64,000 nucleotides of DNA from positions 6,635-70,634 of the forward strand of contig JAIEMT010000001.1 of the NCBI GenBank assembly GCA_019751945.1. The letters run 5' to 3'. The position numbers were made by a program, and so were the translations under genes. The notes under the pieces were generated by a model that was given only the letters and a program-made list of their open reading frames with translations, searched no databases and had not been told where the DNA came from. This DNA comes from a bacterium. GTDB taxonomy: Bacteria > Bdellovibrionota > UBA1018. Below, in pieces: positions 50,021 through 60,130 of the stretch. Position 1 is the first letter of the stretch, and each line of letters begins with the position of its first letter.

Positions 50021-51274
50021 GTGAACTCGAAAGTAAAGAATCCCTCGCTCGCGCCCCAAGGTCGTTTGAAGATCGAATGGGCTGAAAGCCGAATGCCCGT
50101 TTTGATGAAGTTGCGCGAAGAAGCGAAGAAGACTCTACCCTTAAAAGGAATGCGAATCGCAGGTTGCTTACACGTGACGAAGGAGACTGCGGTTCTCATT
50201 CGCACCTTGAAAGCTGCCGGTGCGGAAGTGAGCTGGTCGGGTTGTAACCCCCTCTCCACTCAAGACGATATCTCTGCCGCGATTGCCGATGAAGGCGTTT
50301 CGATTTTTGCGTGGCACGGAATGTCTAAAGAAGAGTTCTACTGGGCCATCGAACAGACTCTGGCCTTCAAACCCACTTTGACTTTGGATGACGGCGCGGA
50401 TTTGATCTTCACCGTGCACTCCAAGTTCCCGCAAATGGCGAAAGATATTATCGGCGGCACGGAAGAAACCACGACCGGTGTTCATCGCCTGCGTGCCATG
50501 GCTCAGGACGGGGCTTTGAAGTATCCCGTCATTGCCATCAACGACGCTGAAACCAAGTGGGATTTCGATAACGTGTACGGCACCGGCCAAAGCTCGATCG
50601 ACGGCATCGTTCGTGCGACGAACGTCCTGCTCGGCGGAAAAGTTTTCGTCGTCGCGGGTTACGGCCACTGCGGCCGTGGTTGCGCGATGCGCGCGAAGGG
50701 CATGGGCGCTCGAGTGGTGGTCACCGAAATCACTCCGACCCACGCACTGAAAGCCGTGCTCGAAGGTTTTGAAGTCATGACCATGGATCAAGCTGCGAAG
50801 ATCGGCGATATTTTCATCACCGCTACCGGCATGAAGGACATCATTGTTCAGCGCCACTTTGAATCGATGAAAGACGGCGCAATTGTTTCCAACACCGGCC
50901 ACTATGACTGTGAATTGAATTTGGATGATCTGAAAAAAGCTTCGAAGAACATCCGCGAAGTGCGTCCGAACAACGAAGAATACACCCTGAAAAATGGCAA
51001 GAAAGTTTACGTCTTGGCTCAAGGCCGTCTTGTGAACTTGGCAGCGGCTGAAGGCCATCCGTCCGAAGTGATGGACATGTCTTTTGCCAACCAGTTCTTG
51101 GGAATGGTTCGCCTTGCTAAAGAAGGCAAGAGCATGAAGCCGATCGTTCACGACATCGATCCGGCTCAGGATCAAGAAATCGCGTCGATCAAGCTTGCGG
51201 CGTTAGGCATGTCGATTGACAAGCTCACGCCGGAACAAGCGAAGTACGCGAACGATTATTCGGCGGGAACCTAA
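50021..51274 (+). CDS. ahcY: Adenosylhomocysteinase
   Basis: 417 aa with GCLHVTKETAVLIRTLKAAGAEV, the NAD-binding GYGHCGRGCA, and a conserved C-terminus. Confidence 0.9.
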   Translation: MNSKVKNPSLAPQGRLKIEWAESRMPVLMKLREEAKKTLPLKGMRIAGCLHVTKETAVLIRTLKAAGAEVSWSGCNPLSTQDDISAAIADEGVSIFAWHGMSKEEFYWAIEQTLAFKPTLTLDDGADLIFTVHSKFPQMAKDIIGGTEETTTGVHRLRAMAQDGALKYPVIAINDAETKWDFDNVYGTGQSSIDGIVRATNVLLGGKVFVVAGYGHCGRGCAMRAKGMGARVVVTEITPTHALKAVLEGFEVMTMDQAAKIGDIFITATGMKDIIVQRHFESMKDGAIVSNTGHYDCELNLDDLKKASKNIREVRPNNEEYTLKNGKKVYVLAQGRLVNLAAAEGHPSEVMDMSFANQFLGMVRLAKEGKSMKPIVHDIDPAQDQEIASIKLAALGMSIDKLTPEQAKYANDYSAGT

Positions 51275-51314
51275 GAAGCAGGCATGAACTCGCGCCGGCG
51301 CGAGTGCTGGGACA

Positions 51315-52088
51315 TTAAGGAAACCGATAGTAGCGAAGGTTGGACTCGGGATAGAGAGCCAAAGTCTCATCCATTCTTTGAAGCTGGTAAGGTCTCAATT
51401 CTCCTGTTCCATTTTTCGTAAGGACCCATTGAAGTGTTGAATTTGCATCGGGCTCGAACACAGTAAACGCGTGTACGGGAGTGCCTTGAAAATCATACAA
51501 GACCCCCACGTCCCCATTCTGAGGAGGGCCTGTGACGGGAGTAGCATTAGCCACCAAATTCTGAAACGGACCAGGAGGCGTGAGTCCCATTTCTGAGGTC
51601 TTGCCAGACAAGTACAAAGCAAAGTTGAAACAATTTCCTCCAGCCTCACCGGTTTTTCCAAGAACCGATTTCGCTCTTGCCGGCACACAACCCTGTAGGT
51701 CGATTTTGAATACTGTTTGAGGCAAGAGGTCATATTCAATTCGATTGGTGACCTTGTTCATCTCCTTCATGATCGGGAGAAGCCCTTCGTCGGGTGGAAA
51801 GAAGTTGTTTTCGTTGACCCGAGGTTCCAGCTGCAAGCAATAGGGTTTTCCGAAGTAATTTACCGAAAGTTTTTCTTCAGCTCGAATGGAGGATTTATTC
51901 TCGGCGACAATCGGTAGATCGGATTCACAGCCCAGACGTTGTGCAGAAGTGCGCGCTTCTTGAAGAGATCCGTAGTAGGCAAATACTTGTCCCTCCGGTC
52001 CAAGAACCATGGCGAGACTACCGGCGAACACGAGGGGTGTCGTTAGGAAGGTGCCAGCCGCTACTATTAGTGAGAGTCTTCTCATCAT
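51315..52088 (-). CDS. Secreted hypothetical protein
   Basis: Start trimmed to MMRRLSLIVAAGTFLTTPLVFAGSLA. No family recognised. Confidence 0.45.
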   Translation of the reverse strand: MMRRLSLIVAAGTFLTTPLVFAGSLAMVLGPEGQVFAYYGSLQEARTSAQRLGCESDLPIVAENKSSIRAEEKLSVNYFGKPYCLQLEPRVNENNFFPPDEGLLPIMKEMNKVTNRIEYDLLPQTVFKIDLQGCVPARAKSVLGKTGEAGGNCFNFALYLSGKTSEMGLTPPGPFQNLVANATPVTGPPQNGDVGVLYDFQGTPVHAFTVFEPDANSTLQWVLTKNGTGELRPYQLQRMDETLALYPESNLRYYRFP

Positions 52089-52250
52089 TTCTGACCTATC
52101 GGCTATCCTTCGGATCGACTTGGATAATCTTGGGCCGCCGAACCCCTTCTTTGGAGATGAAGCGTACACGCTGCTCAAAGCATATAGTACATATTTATTA
52201 TTGATTAAATTAGTGCGTTATGTTAGACCCTCTTTTTTAAGGAGTTTTCG

Positions 52251-52745
52251 ATGCGAATTCTGATTTTGTCTGTTGTATTGTGCCTATTTTCTGGAGCGGC
52301 TTTTGCGCAAGAGTCTGACGAGGCAGCCCGATCTAGTGTTCAACTTCTTTCGCCAGTGCCCTTCAAATGTAAGGCGGTTTGTGCCGTCGTTAGAGGTACC
52401 TGGTCAATTCCAAATCGGGGCAAGATTGAGATTTTAGGCACGAAAGAGGTCAACACGCATTTATTTAGTTCACAATATGATCAGGATATCATTTCAGACG
52501 ACGGGGCCTTTACCTACGTTCTTACTCCCGATTCAGACTCGGGCAATGTGACAAATCAGTTCCTCGCGGCATGTCGGAAATATGAAGAAGAAGTCACCGT
52601 AAACCTTCCTTTAGGTAGTACTCAAGCTGTTATTTTTACCCAAGTTCAATTCAGTGCTCAAGGTGGTAAGAATTATATCGATGCGTACACTGTTGGAAGC
52701 CCGCGAAGCCAATGTGAACTTTTTTCACACGAATCACGTCAATAA
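52251..52745 (+). CDS. Secreted hypothetical protein
   Basis: Signal peptide MRILILSVVLCLFSGAAFAQ. 6 Cys. Confidence 0.45.
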   Translation: MRILILSVVLCLFSGAAFAQESDEAARSSVQLLSPVPFKCKAVCAVVRGTWSIPNRGKIEILGTKEVNTHLFSSQYDQDIISDDGAFTYVLTPDSDSGNVTNQFLAACRKYEEEVTVNLPLGSTQAVIFTQVQFSAQGGKNYIDAYTVGSPRSQCELFSHESRQ

Positions 52746-53585
52746 GATGTTGTCGATGAGCCGGGTTTTTCCGAGATAAGCCGCAACTGCCATCAACGCA
52801 CCTTCGTCATCAATCGTCGTTAAGAGCTGCAGAGTCTTGGGATGGCGAATTTCCCAATATTGAATTTGGAAGGCGGGTTGCTTTTCTAAGACGGCACGGC
52901 CGATTTTTGTGAGTCTCAGGGCATCCCGCTCACCGGCTTCGTAGGCTAGTTTCGCAGCGACCAAGCTTTTGAAAAGAAGCGGAGCTGCTTCTCTTTCTTC
53001 AGGTTTGAGGTAAGCGTTTCGGGAGCTCAAGGCCAATCCATCTTTTTCGCGAATGGTGGGGCCGCGAACGATCTTCACCGGAAGATTCAAATCCTCCACC
53101 ATCTTCTCGATCACTAAAACTTGTTGGGCATCTTTTTGACCGAAGATGGCGATGTCGGGCTGAACTAAATTCAGGAGCTTCATTACTACGGTCGTCACGC
53201 CCTTGAAGTGTCCTGGTCGAAAAGCGCCGCAAAGAACGCGCGTGAGATTTTCTTCCACCACAAACGTCGAAGCAGTTGGATACATTTCGTCAGCTGAAGG
53301 AGTGAAGACCGCACTGGCTCCGACGCTCTTTAAAAGCTCGATGTCTTGCTCCACCACGCGAGGATATTTGTCGAAGTCCTCATTCTTCCCAAACTGCAGC
53401 GGATTCACAAAAATGCTAGCGATGACAACCTCGGCAAGGCCGGAGGCTTGCATTACCAAAGACAGGTGGCCTTCATGGAGCGCGCCCATCGTCGGAACAA
53501 AAGCGACCGTGCGGGTGCCCTGCTCTTTTCGCCAAGCGCGGAGTTCGGCAATCGTGTTTAACCGCTTAACCGGTGAGCTCGCCAT
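52734..53585 (-). CDS. panC: Pantoate--beta-alanine ligase
   Basis: VAFVPTMGALHEGHLSL (HIGH-like) and 283 aa. Confidence 0.85.
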   Translation of the reverse strand: MASSPVKRLNTIAELRAWRKEQGTRTVAFVPTMGALHEGHLSLVMQASGLAEVVIASIFVNPLQFGKNEDFDKYPRVVEQDIELLKSVGASAVFTPSADEMYPTASTFVVEENLTRVLCGAFRPGHFKGVTTVVMKLLNLVQPDIAIFGQKDAQQVLVIEKMVEDLNLPVKIVRGPTIREKDGLALSSRNAYLKPEEREAAPLLFKSLVAAKLAYEAGERDALRLTKIGRAVLEKQPAFQIQYWEIRHPKTLQLLTTIDDEGALMAVAAYLGKTRLIDNILLT

Positions 53586-54330
53586 AGGCTAGAAGCCCTT
53601 TCAGAGTCAGATCGGGTTCGATTCGCCAGCGATCGGAGAGTTTCAAAAGTTGAATGCACCCGCCGGTGGCGATGAGTTGATAATTCTTTCCAGCCTGTTC
53701 GGAGAGCAAGCGGTCAGCCATCCCCTCAATGAGAGCTTCGTAACCTAAGAGCACACCGCTTTGAATCTGGCTTTCCGTCGTGCGACCAAGTGGGCTCTTT
53801 GGGCGATTCAGTTCCACCGAATAAAGTTTTGCAGCTCGAGACTGCAAGGCCTTCCAGCTAATTTCCAAACCTGGAGTGATGGCGCCGCCAATGTAAGCGG
53901 GGCGTTCATCGACCAAGCAGAAGGTGGTTGCGGTTCCGGCGTCGACCACCAAGAATGGACCCGACACGATTTCTAAAGCGCCGGCTACGTTGGCGAGGCG
54001 GTCTGCTCCCAGTTGTTCGGGGATGGGAAGATCGAGTTCAAACTTCCGCCGGGTGTCGCTTTTCACAAAGAGGGCGGGAACTTTTCGGAGTGCTTGTGTG
54101 ACCGTCTTTTCTAAAGCCGGAACCACACTGCAAATCACAGCGCGATCCGCTCCCATGGGGCTCAGTTTCACATCCGAAGCGTAATCAAACAGCCCCAGCA
54201 TGTGAGCGCGGTATTCATCGACGGTGCTGTTATGCAAGGTGCGGAAACGCACTCGGCCCAGCAAGTTCTTCTCTTCGTAAATTCCTGCGACCGTATCGGT
54301 GTTGCCGATGTCGATGACGAGAGTTTTCAT
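53566..54330 (-). CDS. coaX: Type III pantothenate kinase
   Basis: LVIDIGNTDTVAGIY N-terminal ASKHA motif, 254 aa, between panB and panC. Confidence 0.85.
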   Translation of the reverse strand: MKTLVIDIGNTDTVAGIYEEKNLLGRVRFRTLHNSTVDEYRAHMLGLFDYASDVKLSPMGADRAVICSVVPALEKTVTQALRKVPALFVKSDTRRKFELDLPIPEQLGADRLANVAGALEIVSGPFLVVDAGTATTFCLVDERPAYIGGAITPGLEISWKALQSRAAKLYSVELNRPKSPLGRTTESQIQSGVLLGYEALIEGMADRLLSEQAGKNYQLIATGGCIQLLKLSDRWRIEPDLTLKGLLAYGELTG

Positions 54331-55175
54331 AAAGGGATAGGAGTCTCCCGAGACGGATCCGGTCGAGCTGAACCGACAGGGAGACTTGGACCTTTCACAT
54401 CCAAAATATACTCTCTAACGGCATCGCGAATCACTGCGGCTACATTTCCGCGGGGGACCGCGAACTTCGGCGGCGGGCGCAAACTCAGTCCCACTAAATC
54501 GTTGATCACAAGAACTTGCCCCGAGCAATCGGTGCCCGAGCCGATCCCAATCGTGGGAATACCTAAGCTCTGTGTAATTTCAGCAGCGACGGCGGGAACG
54601 ACCATTTCTAAAACAATGGAGAACGCACCGGCTTCAGACAGTGCAACCGCAGAGTCTACCAAGTAACGAACGCTCTGATCCGTTTTGCCATGAATGTAGT
54701 AACCCCCCAACTGATGCACACTCTGAGGAGTGAGACCGATGTGGGCCATCACGGGAATGCCTTGATCCACCAGGCGACGTACGATCGGAGCTGCATTCAA
54801 ACCGCCCTCGAGCTTCACAGCCTGGCAACCCGACTCCTGCATCAAGCGAATCGAGGCGCGCAGAGCCACTTCCGGGTCGGTTGTGGTTCCAAAAGGGAGA
54901 TCGGCCACAATCAGGGCCTTCTTCGTTCCGCGCACCACCGCAGAGGTGTGGCGAATCATGTCTTCTAAAGTGACCGGGAGAGTGGTGTCGTACCCGAGGA
55001 CGACGTTTCCCAAGCTATCTCCGACTAAAAGGATGTCGACGCCGCTGTTGTCTAAGAGGCCTGCTGTGACGTAATCGTAGGCCGTGAGCATGGCCAGCTT
55101 TTCTTTTCGGAGATAAGCCGCATGCAAGGTTCGTAGAGTATTGCGAGAAACGGCGGTCGTCGGATGGCTCGACAT
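54327..55175 (-). CDS. panB: 3-methyl-2-oxobutanoate hydroxymethyltransferase
   Basis: LTAYDYVTAGLLDNSGVDILLVGDSLGNVVLGYDTTLPVTLEDMIRHT is the near-canonical PanB N-terminus. Confidence 0.9.
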   Translation of the reverse strand: MSSHPTTAVSRNTLRTLHAAYLRKEKLAMLTAYDYVTAGLLDNSGVDILLVGDSLGNVVLGYDTTLPVTLEDMIRHTSAVVRGTKKALIVADLPFGTTTDPEVALRASIRLMQESGCQAVKLEGGLNAAPIVRRLVDQGIPVMAHIGLTPQSVHQLGGYYIHGKTDQSVRYLVDSAVALSEAGAFSIVLEMVVPAVAAEITQSLGIPTIGIGSGTDCSGQVLVINDLVGLSLRPPPKFAVPRGNVAAVIRDAVREYILDVKGPSLPVGSARPDPSRETPIPL

Positions 55176-55187
55176 GCGCCTCTAGTA

Positions 55188-56504
55188 TCACAGGGCGCTG
55201 AGGTTTGCCATTTCCTTGGCGTGCTCGGGCGCTACATAAACCCTGTTGATGGAGCGCTTTTCGCTATATTTCTGGAAAAGATCCGTACAATCCTCGAGCG
55301 GGATGAAGCTGGGCTTATTATAAAGGTCATTATAACGGACAAAAATCGGGTCGCCCGGACGCCTAAAATACTTGGAGAGTTCACCAGTTGAGGTAGCAGC
55401 CAGGTAATGAATGCCCTTCTTATTGAGCTTGTCCTGAATCGACTCTAAAAGCTGTTTCTGTTCCGAGGCGGCATTCTTCGTGGCCGGGATTCCGCTGTGG
55501 AGTTCAATCAACATTCGATAGGGATCTTTATCCGAAATGCGTCGGGCCCAGGGGTTTTTGCTCTCATTTAAGTGGCTGTATAAGTGGGCATCCACGAAAT
55601 CGCAGTAGGACTCGACGTCTGCAGGAATTTGATAATCGCAATCCGGGCTTGAGAAATATTCGCCCAGCATCGCATCGTAAACCACGCTCTTATGATGGAA
55701 GTAGACCATCAAGAACATGTGAAAGCGCGAGATCAAGAAGTCTTCAAACGAATAGAGGGCGCGATGTTGAAGGGCGAGATAAGCTTTTCCCTTCTGAACG
55801 TAGCAGGTGAGGTTCCCGCCCAACCAATCGAAGTCGAACTGGCCGTAGCTCACCCCGGCGTGCAAGCTGTCGCGACGAAGGTAGTCCATTCGGTCAGCAT
55901 CGAGCTCGCTGGAAATGAGCTGCTGGCAGATCGGACGGAAGTCGATGGTTTCGCCATCGACCTTTTCTAAGAAGAAATCATCTTCTAATTTGATGCCTGG
56001 CTCGATGAGTGCCACCACATGCTGAGGGCCAAAACCCTGCTGGGCTCCTGCCTTCTCGAGTTTCTTGGTGAGCCCCGAAGCCAGGATCAGCTTCAGAGTG
56101 TAGTCCTCGTGCGTGGCCTTGCGGTCTTTGCTCTTGGACAACCATTTTTCCGGCAGCTCTAGTTTTCCCACCGGGGGCATGGCGATTTCAGACGTGTGAG
56201 AAAGCGGGCCGTGTCCCGAGTCATGTAAAAGCGCAGCAAGGCGAACTACGGAGCGCAGACGGGTGATGTCCTTCGAGAGTTGGAACGGCATGTTCTTGGT
56301 GAACACCGCGTTCCAAGCCACCGTGGCTGTGTGCATGGCCCCTAAGCTGTGGATGTACCGGTTGTGCGTCGCACTGGGATACGAATACTCACCGAAGCCG
56401 AGCTGCTTGATGTGTCTCAACCGTTGAAAGTAACGGGAGTCCACAATGGGCAAAATCTCGGGATCGATGAAAATCGATCCGTGTACGACGTCGCGGATTT
56501 CCAA
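55188..56504 (-). CDS. HD-domain phosphohydrolase (dGTPase / SAMHD1-like)
   Basis: The N-terminal H...HD metal motif (RYIHSLGAMHTATV...LLHDSGHGPLSH) and 438 aa. Confidence 0.75.
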   Translation of the reverse strand: MEIRDVVHGSIFIDPEILPIVDSRYFQRLRHIKQLGFGEYSYPSATHNRYIHSLGAMHTATVAWNAVFTKNMPFQLSKDITRLRSVVRLAALLHDSGHGPLSHTSEIAMPPVGKLELPEKWLSKSKDRKATHEDYTLKLILASGLTKKLEKAGAQQGFGPQHVVALIEPGIKLEDDFFLEKVDGETIDFRPICQQLISSELDADRMDYLRRDSLHAGVSYGQFDFDWLGGNLTCYVQKGKAYLALQHRALYSFEDFLISRFHMFLMVYFHHKSVVYDAMLGEYFSSPDCDYQIPADVESYCDFVDAHLYSHLNESKNPWARRISDKDPYRMLIELHSGIPATKNAASEQKQLLESIQDKLNKKGIHYLAATSTGELSKYFRRPGDPIFVRYNDLYNKPSFIPLEDCTDLFQKYSEKRSINRVYVAPEHAKEMANLSAL

Positions 56505-56513
56505 GGGTACTGC

Positions 56514-57032
56514 TTACTCTTCGGAGTCGCCGAAGTCCTCGTCCTCGTCCATGTCTTCATCATCGTGATCATGGTCGTGGTCGTGATCATGATCGTGGTC
56601 ATGATCATGGCCGTGCTTGTGGTCGTGGCCGTGTTCTTGTTCTTCGTCGTCGCCGTGGCTGTGCGAACTTTGTCCGCCGCCGAAGCTTGCTCCGCCGAAT
56701 GAGGAACTCATTGCACCACCAGCCATGCCGCCAGCGAAACCGCTGACTGCAGAACCCATCGTGCTACCCATCGAAGTCGTGGGACTCGATACGGGAGCCA
56801 TCGGCTTGCTCCAAGTCGTTGCCGACTTCGCAGCGCCGTTTGCTTTTTTAGCTACCGTCTTTTTCGGTGCAGATTTCTTTGCTGCTTTTTTGGCAGCTTT
56901 TTTAGCGGGCTTCTTAGCAGCGGATTTTTTTGCAGTCTTCTTTGCAGATTTTTTGCCTTTCGCCTTCATCATTTTCTTTGCGGGCTTCTTTTTGCCAGCG
57001 CTTTTCTTCACAGCTTTTTTCTTCTTCGCCAT
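56514..57032 (-). CDS. Histone H1-like Lys/Ala-rich protein with a Gly-rich linker and a C-terminal (His-Asp)n repeat tail
   Basis: Start trimmed to MAKKKKAVKK (GGAG SD upstream). KKxAKK repeats resemble AlgP/Hc1-like nucleoid proteins. The C-terminus is HGHDHKHGHDHDHDHDHDHDHDHDDEDMDEDED. Confidence 0.55.
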   Translation of the reverse strand: MAKKKKAVKKSAGKKKPAKKMMKAKGKKSAKKTAKKSAAKKPAKKAAKKAAKKSAPKKTVAKKANGAAKSATTWSKPMAPVSSPTTSMGSTMGSAVSGFAGGMAGGAMSSSFGGASFGGGQSSHSHGDDEEQEHGHDHKHGHDHDHDHDHDHDHDHDDEDMDEDEDFGDSEE

Positions 57033-57138
57033 AATCTTTTTCTCCGTCTTTCTCGTTGGTCTGAAACAAAAATAAGCCACAGGCAATCAGTGTTTGCAAC
57101 AATATAACTCTTGGATTTCTGAGAAAGAAAGAATTTGT

Positions 57139-59241
57139 TTAGTGAGCGATTCTTTGAAGTTCTTGTTCCATGTTCGCGTCCATCGCCTCGGGAGGATTGG
57201 TCCAGGTATCGGTCCCGTTACTCGTCGCGCCGGAAGGATTGAACAACATTCGGAACGATACGAATTTTACGCTGTATCCCGTGCGTCCCGCGATTTGGAG
57301 AGAAGCGTCTTTGACGTAACTCCAAGACGACTTTACTTGATCAGCAGTGTTCATCATGATGACCGGCGGCAAGTTAATGCGGGTAGACGCGCCACTTTCT
57401 GGTCGAGTATTAAAGGGATTGACCAAGCGGGCAACGTTGAAGCCTTCTCCTACTCCTGCGTCATCTGTTCCGCCCCCCTGTCGTAGGCGGGCCAAATAAC
57501 CGTTAATTCCGCGCTTCAGCAAATCTTTAAAATTTTGATCAAATACCGTAGGCGAATCCGGATTCAGAACAGCCGGCGCGGTCAGCTGATCGATGGCGTC
57601 TTTCATAATATCGTCGGGGTTCACTCCCTGAGCGAGTTCGTCGGTGGAAATGAGGGGTGCCCAAACCGAGCGGTATTGGCCCGCACCAAAATTGTTCACA
57701 AACTGATCGGCATTAAAATCGTTGATGATGTTGTACTTGCCCGCCTCAAACGGATTGGGAACCATCGCTCCTTGATACGCTTTGGCCATGGCTTGAGCGT
57801 CGATGCGCACTTGGGTGCCGCCTCCCGTCGCTCCGTCCGTGCCGCCATTGTTGCGGAAGAGATTGAACATGGCTTGGAGGACATCGTTTTCATTCCAACC
57901 TCGCACGGGGCTGTCGGCTTCCTTTACCGGAAGGTTGGGAACGAAGCCCGTACAATCCAAACTGGTGTTCTGACAAATACGGCCGTCGCGTGCCGGACGG
58001 ATGAACTCACTCGAATCCAAAATATTCGGAGCAATGCGGCTGCCGAAGGGCTTGGCGGCTGCGTAGGCGGTGAGCTCCATGTCGCCAAACGGCGAGAAGA
58101 GAATTTTAGCCTTCGCCTTCAATCGAACCGCGTAATAGGTCAGATACGCCGGATCTTTTCTGAAGCCGACGGGGATGTTGGCCTTCACTGTAAAGGGCAC
58201 GGGTTGAGCAATGCAATCGCGGGCGTTCGAACTGTCCGGGCGGTCAAGTTGAAAGTCCACCGCATAGGCGTCGAAGTTCACATTCACGGGACGGAGGTTG
58301 ATTTGGCGTTTGGCCATGATTTCATCCATGACAATGGTGTTGTCGTCGAAAGTATTGGGGCCGAGCGTGTCGTAAGCCGATTTGAAGGCTTGAATGATTC
58401 GTTCGCGTGCGGCAGTGTCGCCTTCGCCTCCGATGGAATCCACCACAGATTTTGTTAGCCCAGTGCGGGGTGGGAAATTCAGATAGTAGTCGAGAGTCTG
58501 CACTCGGCGTTTCAAAATCATTTCGCGCGGGATGAGACCCAGCCCAGAAGCTAGCGCGCGGACCACATCCAAAATATCGCGATCGCGCTGACTCATGACG
58601 GATTCGTAACTTTCGAAGGTGGGATCGGTGTTCCAGAGCCACATTCCGAGGACGAACTTGTTAGTCACCCCAATTGAGAGGCAGTTTTTTTCACGAATTC
58701 CTTCCAGGCGCTGCAACTGGGTGCGCAAGGTGGATTGAATCGCATCGAGCGGTGAAGCAGGGGGCACGCTGATTTTTCCTAAGGTCGAAAGGCGGCAGTA
58801 GTTGTCTTTGTTGTTAAAAATAATGCAGACGGCCGGGACGTTGTAATTGGCAGTTGGATTTTGCAAATTGGGAATCCATTGGCGGGGGCCAGTCTGGTCG
58901 GGCTCGTACATCGTGTCTTGGGCCAGGTTGCCCATCACGTAATATCGAAATAGAAATTTTTTATACTGCCGGCGCATCTCGTAATTGAAGTAGGAGAGCA
59001 GTGTGAGTTGGCGCGCTTGAACAGCCGCACCGGAGTACGCCGCCATGTCGGCCGCATTCTGTAAATTAATCTTGGCGTTGACCAACATTCCCGTATTGAT
59101 GACGAACGCGAAAAACAAAAAGAACGTCGTCATCATGATCGCCGTCATGATGGTAATCTGGCCGTGTTGCTTCTTCCTGAACCCCAAACGTATCCCCATC
59201 CTAGTTCTTCTATTTTCGCAGACCCTGGAGGGCATGTCCAT
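57139..59241 (-). CDS. TadG-like (Tad_N/TadE-like pseudopilin N-terminus) large membrane-anchored protein
   Basis: The N-terminal QHGQITIMTAIMMTTFFLFFAFVINTGMLVNAKINLQNAADMAAYSGA matches the Flp-pilus TadE/TadG N-terminal motif. 700 aa. No other tad genes are nearby. Confidence 0.55.
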   Translation of the reverse strand: MDMPSRVCENRRTRMGIRLGFRKKQHGQITIMTAIMMTTFFLFFAFVINTGMLVNAKINLQNAADMAAYSGAAVQARQLTLLSYFNYEMRRQYKKFLFRYYVMGNLAQDTMYEPDQTGPRQWIPNLQNPTANYNVPAVCIIFNNKDNYCRLSTLGKISVPPASPLDAIQSTLRTQLQRLEGIREKNCLSIGVTNKFVLGMWLWNTDPTFESYESVMSQRDRDILDVVRALASGLGLIPREMILKRRVQTLDYYLNFPPRTGLTKSVVDSIGGEGDTAARERIIQAFKSAYDTLGPNTFDDNTIVMDEIMAKRQINLRPVNVNFDAYAVDFQLDRPDSSNARDCIAQPVPFTVKANIPVGFRKDPAYLTYYAVRLKAKAKILFSPFGDMELTAYAAAKPFGSRIAPNILDSSEFIRPARDGRICQNTSLDCTGFVPNLPVKEADSPVRGWNENDVLQAMFNLFRNNGGTDGATGGGTQVRIDAQAMAKAYQGAMVPNPFEAGKYNIINDFNADQFVNNFGAGQYRSVWAPLISTDELAQGVNPDDIMKDAIDQLTAPAVLNPDSPTVFDQNFKDLLKRGINGYLARLRQGGGTDDAGVGEGFNVARLVNPFNTRPESGASTRINLPPVIMMNTADQVKSSWSYVKDASLQIAGRTGYSVKFVSFRMLFNPSGATSNGTDTWTNPPEAMDANMEQELQRIAH

Positions 59242-59403
59242 TCGACGCGTAGCTGTCTAAACCCTGTACAGGTTATTGAAACCCTTGGGGTTTCCGACTA
59301 GAATGGTCCCTTTTTGGCCCCAAGAACTGTAAGGCCTTAGCCCGAAACGCGCAAATAGGCGGGAGAGGGGGGAGGGCACGCTCCTTGCTCATAGGCAGCC
59401 GCG

Positions 59404-59853
59404 ATGCGTGCTGTACTTTTTAGAGCTGGATTAGTGATTGCCTGGTTAGGAACTTTGTCGGTGTTGTCGGCGTACGCCCATGCGGACTTCGGCACTATTC
59501 TCGAGGAGCCTACCCCTGCGAAAGCTGCTGCTCCCGCAAAAGATCCGCGCGGAATTGATGTCACCAAGTTGGTGAGAGACATGAAGTTCTATACTCAGGG
59601 CAAGGCCCCTGCGTATCAGCCGCTCACGCCGAGCGTAGGTCCGATCACCTTCCGTGCTCTGCCGAATCAGGCCGAGGTTGCTCCGCAGTTTGAATTGCCT
59701 CAGGCGTTCACAGACGGAAGTTCGAAGTTCTTCGCTCCTGATCCGATTTATTTCCAAGCTCGCGCTTGGGAAAATGCGCTCAAAGATCCGGGATTTTTTC
59801 CGGTCGCTGCCACTGACGGCGTTGTCGCCGAAGGCGCTGAAGTCGCGTTCTAA
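59404..59853 (+). CDS. Small secreted hypothetical protein
   Basis: Signal peptide MRAVLFRAGLVIAWLGTLSVLSAYAHA. The antisense ORF is Arg-rich and judged spurious. Confidence 0.4.
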   Translation: MRAVLFRAGLVIAWLGTLSVLSAYAHADFGTILEEPTPAKAAAPAKDPRGIDVTKLVRDMKFYTQGKAPAYQPLTPSVGPITFRALPNQAEVAPQFELPQAFTDGSSKFFAPDPIYFQARAWENALKDPGFFPVAATDGVVAEGAEVAF

Positions 59854-60130
59854 TATAAAATAAAAAACTCTGTTTGCGGTTTGCTGTCTGCGGAAGCGGG
59901 CAGCGGTCTGCTGTTTCGGTTTCTGTCTGCGGACAGTCGACTGCTTCAGTTGCCTACGCAAACCGTTTGAACCGGTGCTTTTTGGCTCTGCCCAAAGAGT
60001 ATTCGAGGGAGTGCCAAACTGTCGTTTTCATCGGCACGGACAACGCATTTTGTGCTCAGTGGCGTTGGCATTAGTCCTGCACAAGGGATCCCCGACCGCA
60101 AGATGCGGCTCATATCTACTCCTCTCTCTC

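Noticed and set aside
56530-56640. Regularly spaced short repeats (GTGATCATG/GTCGTG) that superficially resemble an array
   Set aside because: The units are 6-9 nt without spacers and lie inside a CDS, encoding the His-Asp tail. This is a coding microsatellite, not a CRISPR array.
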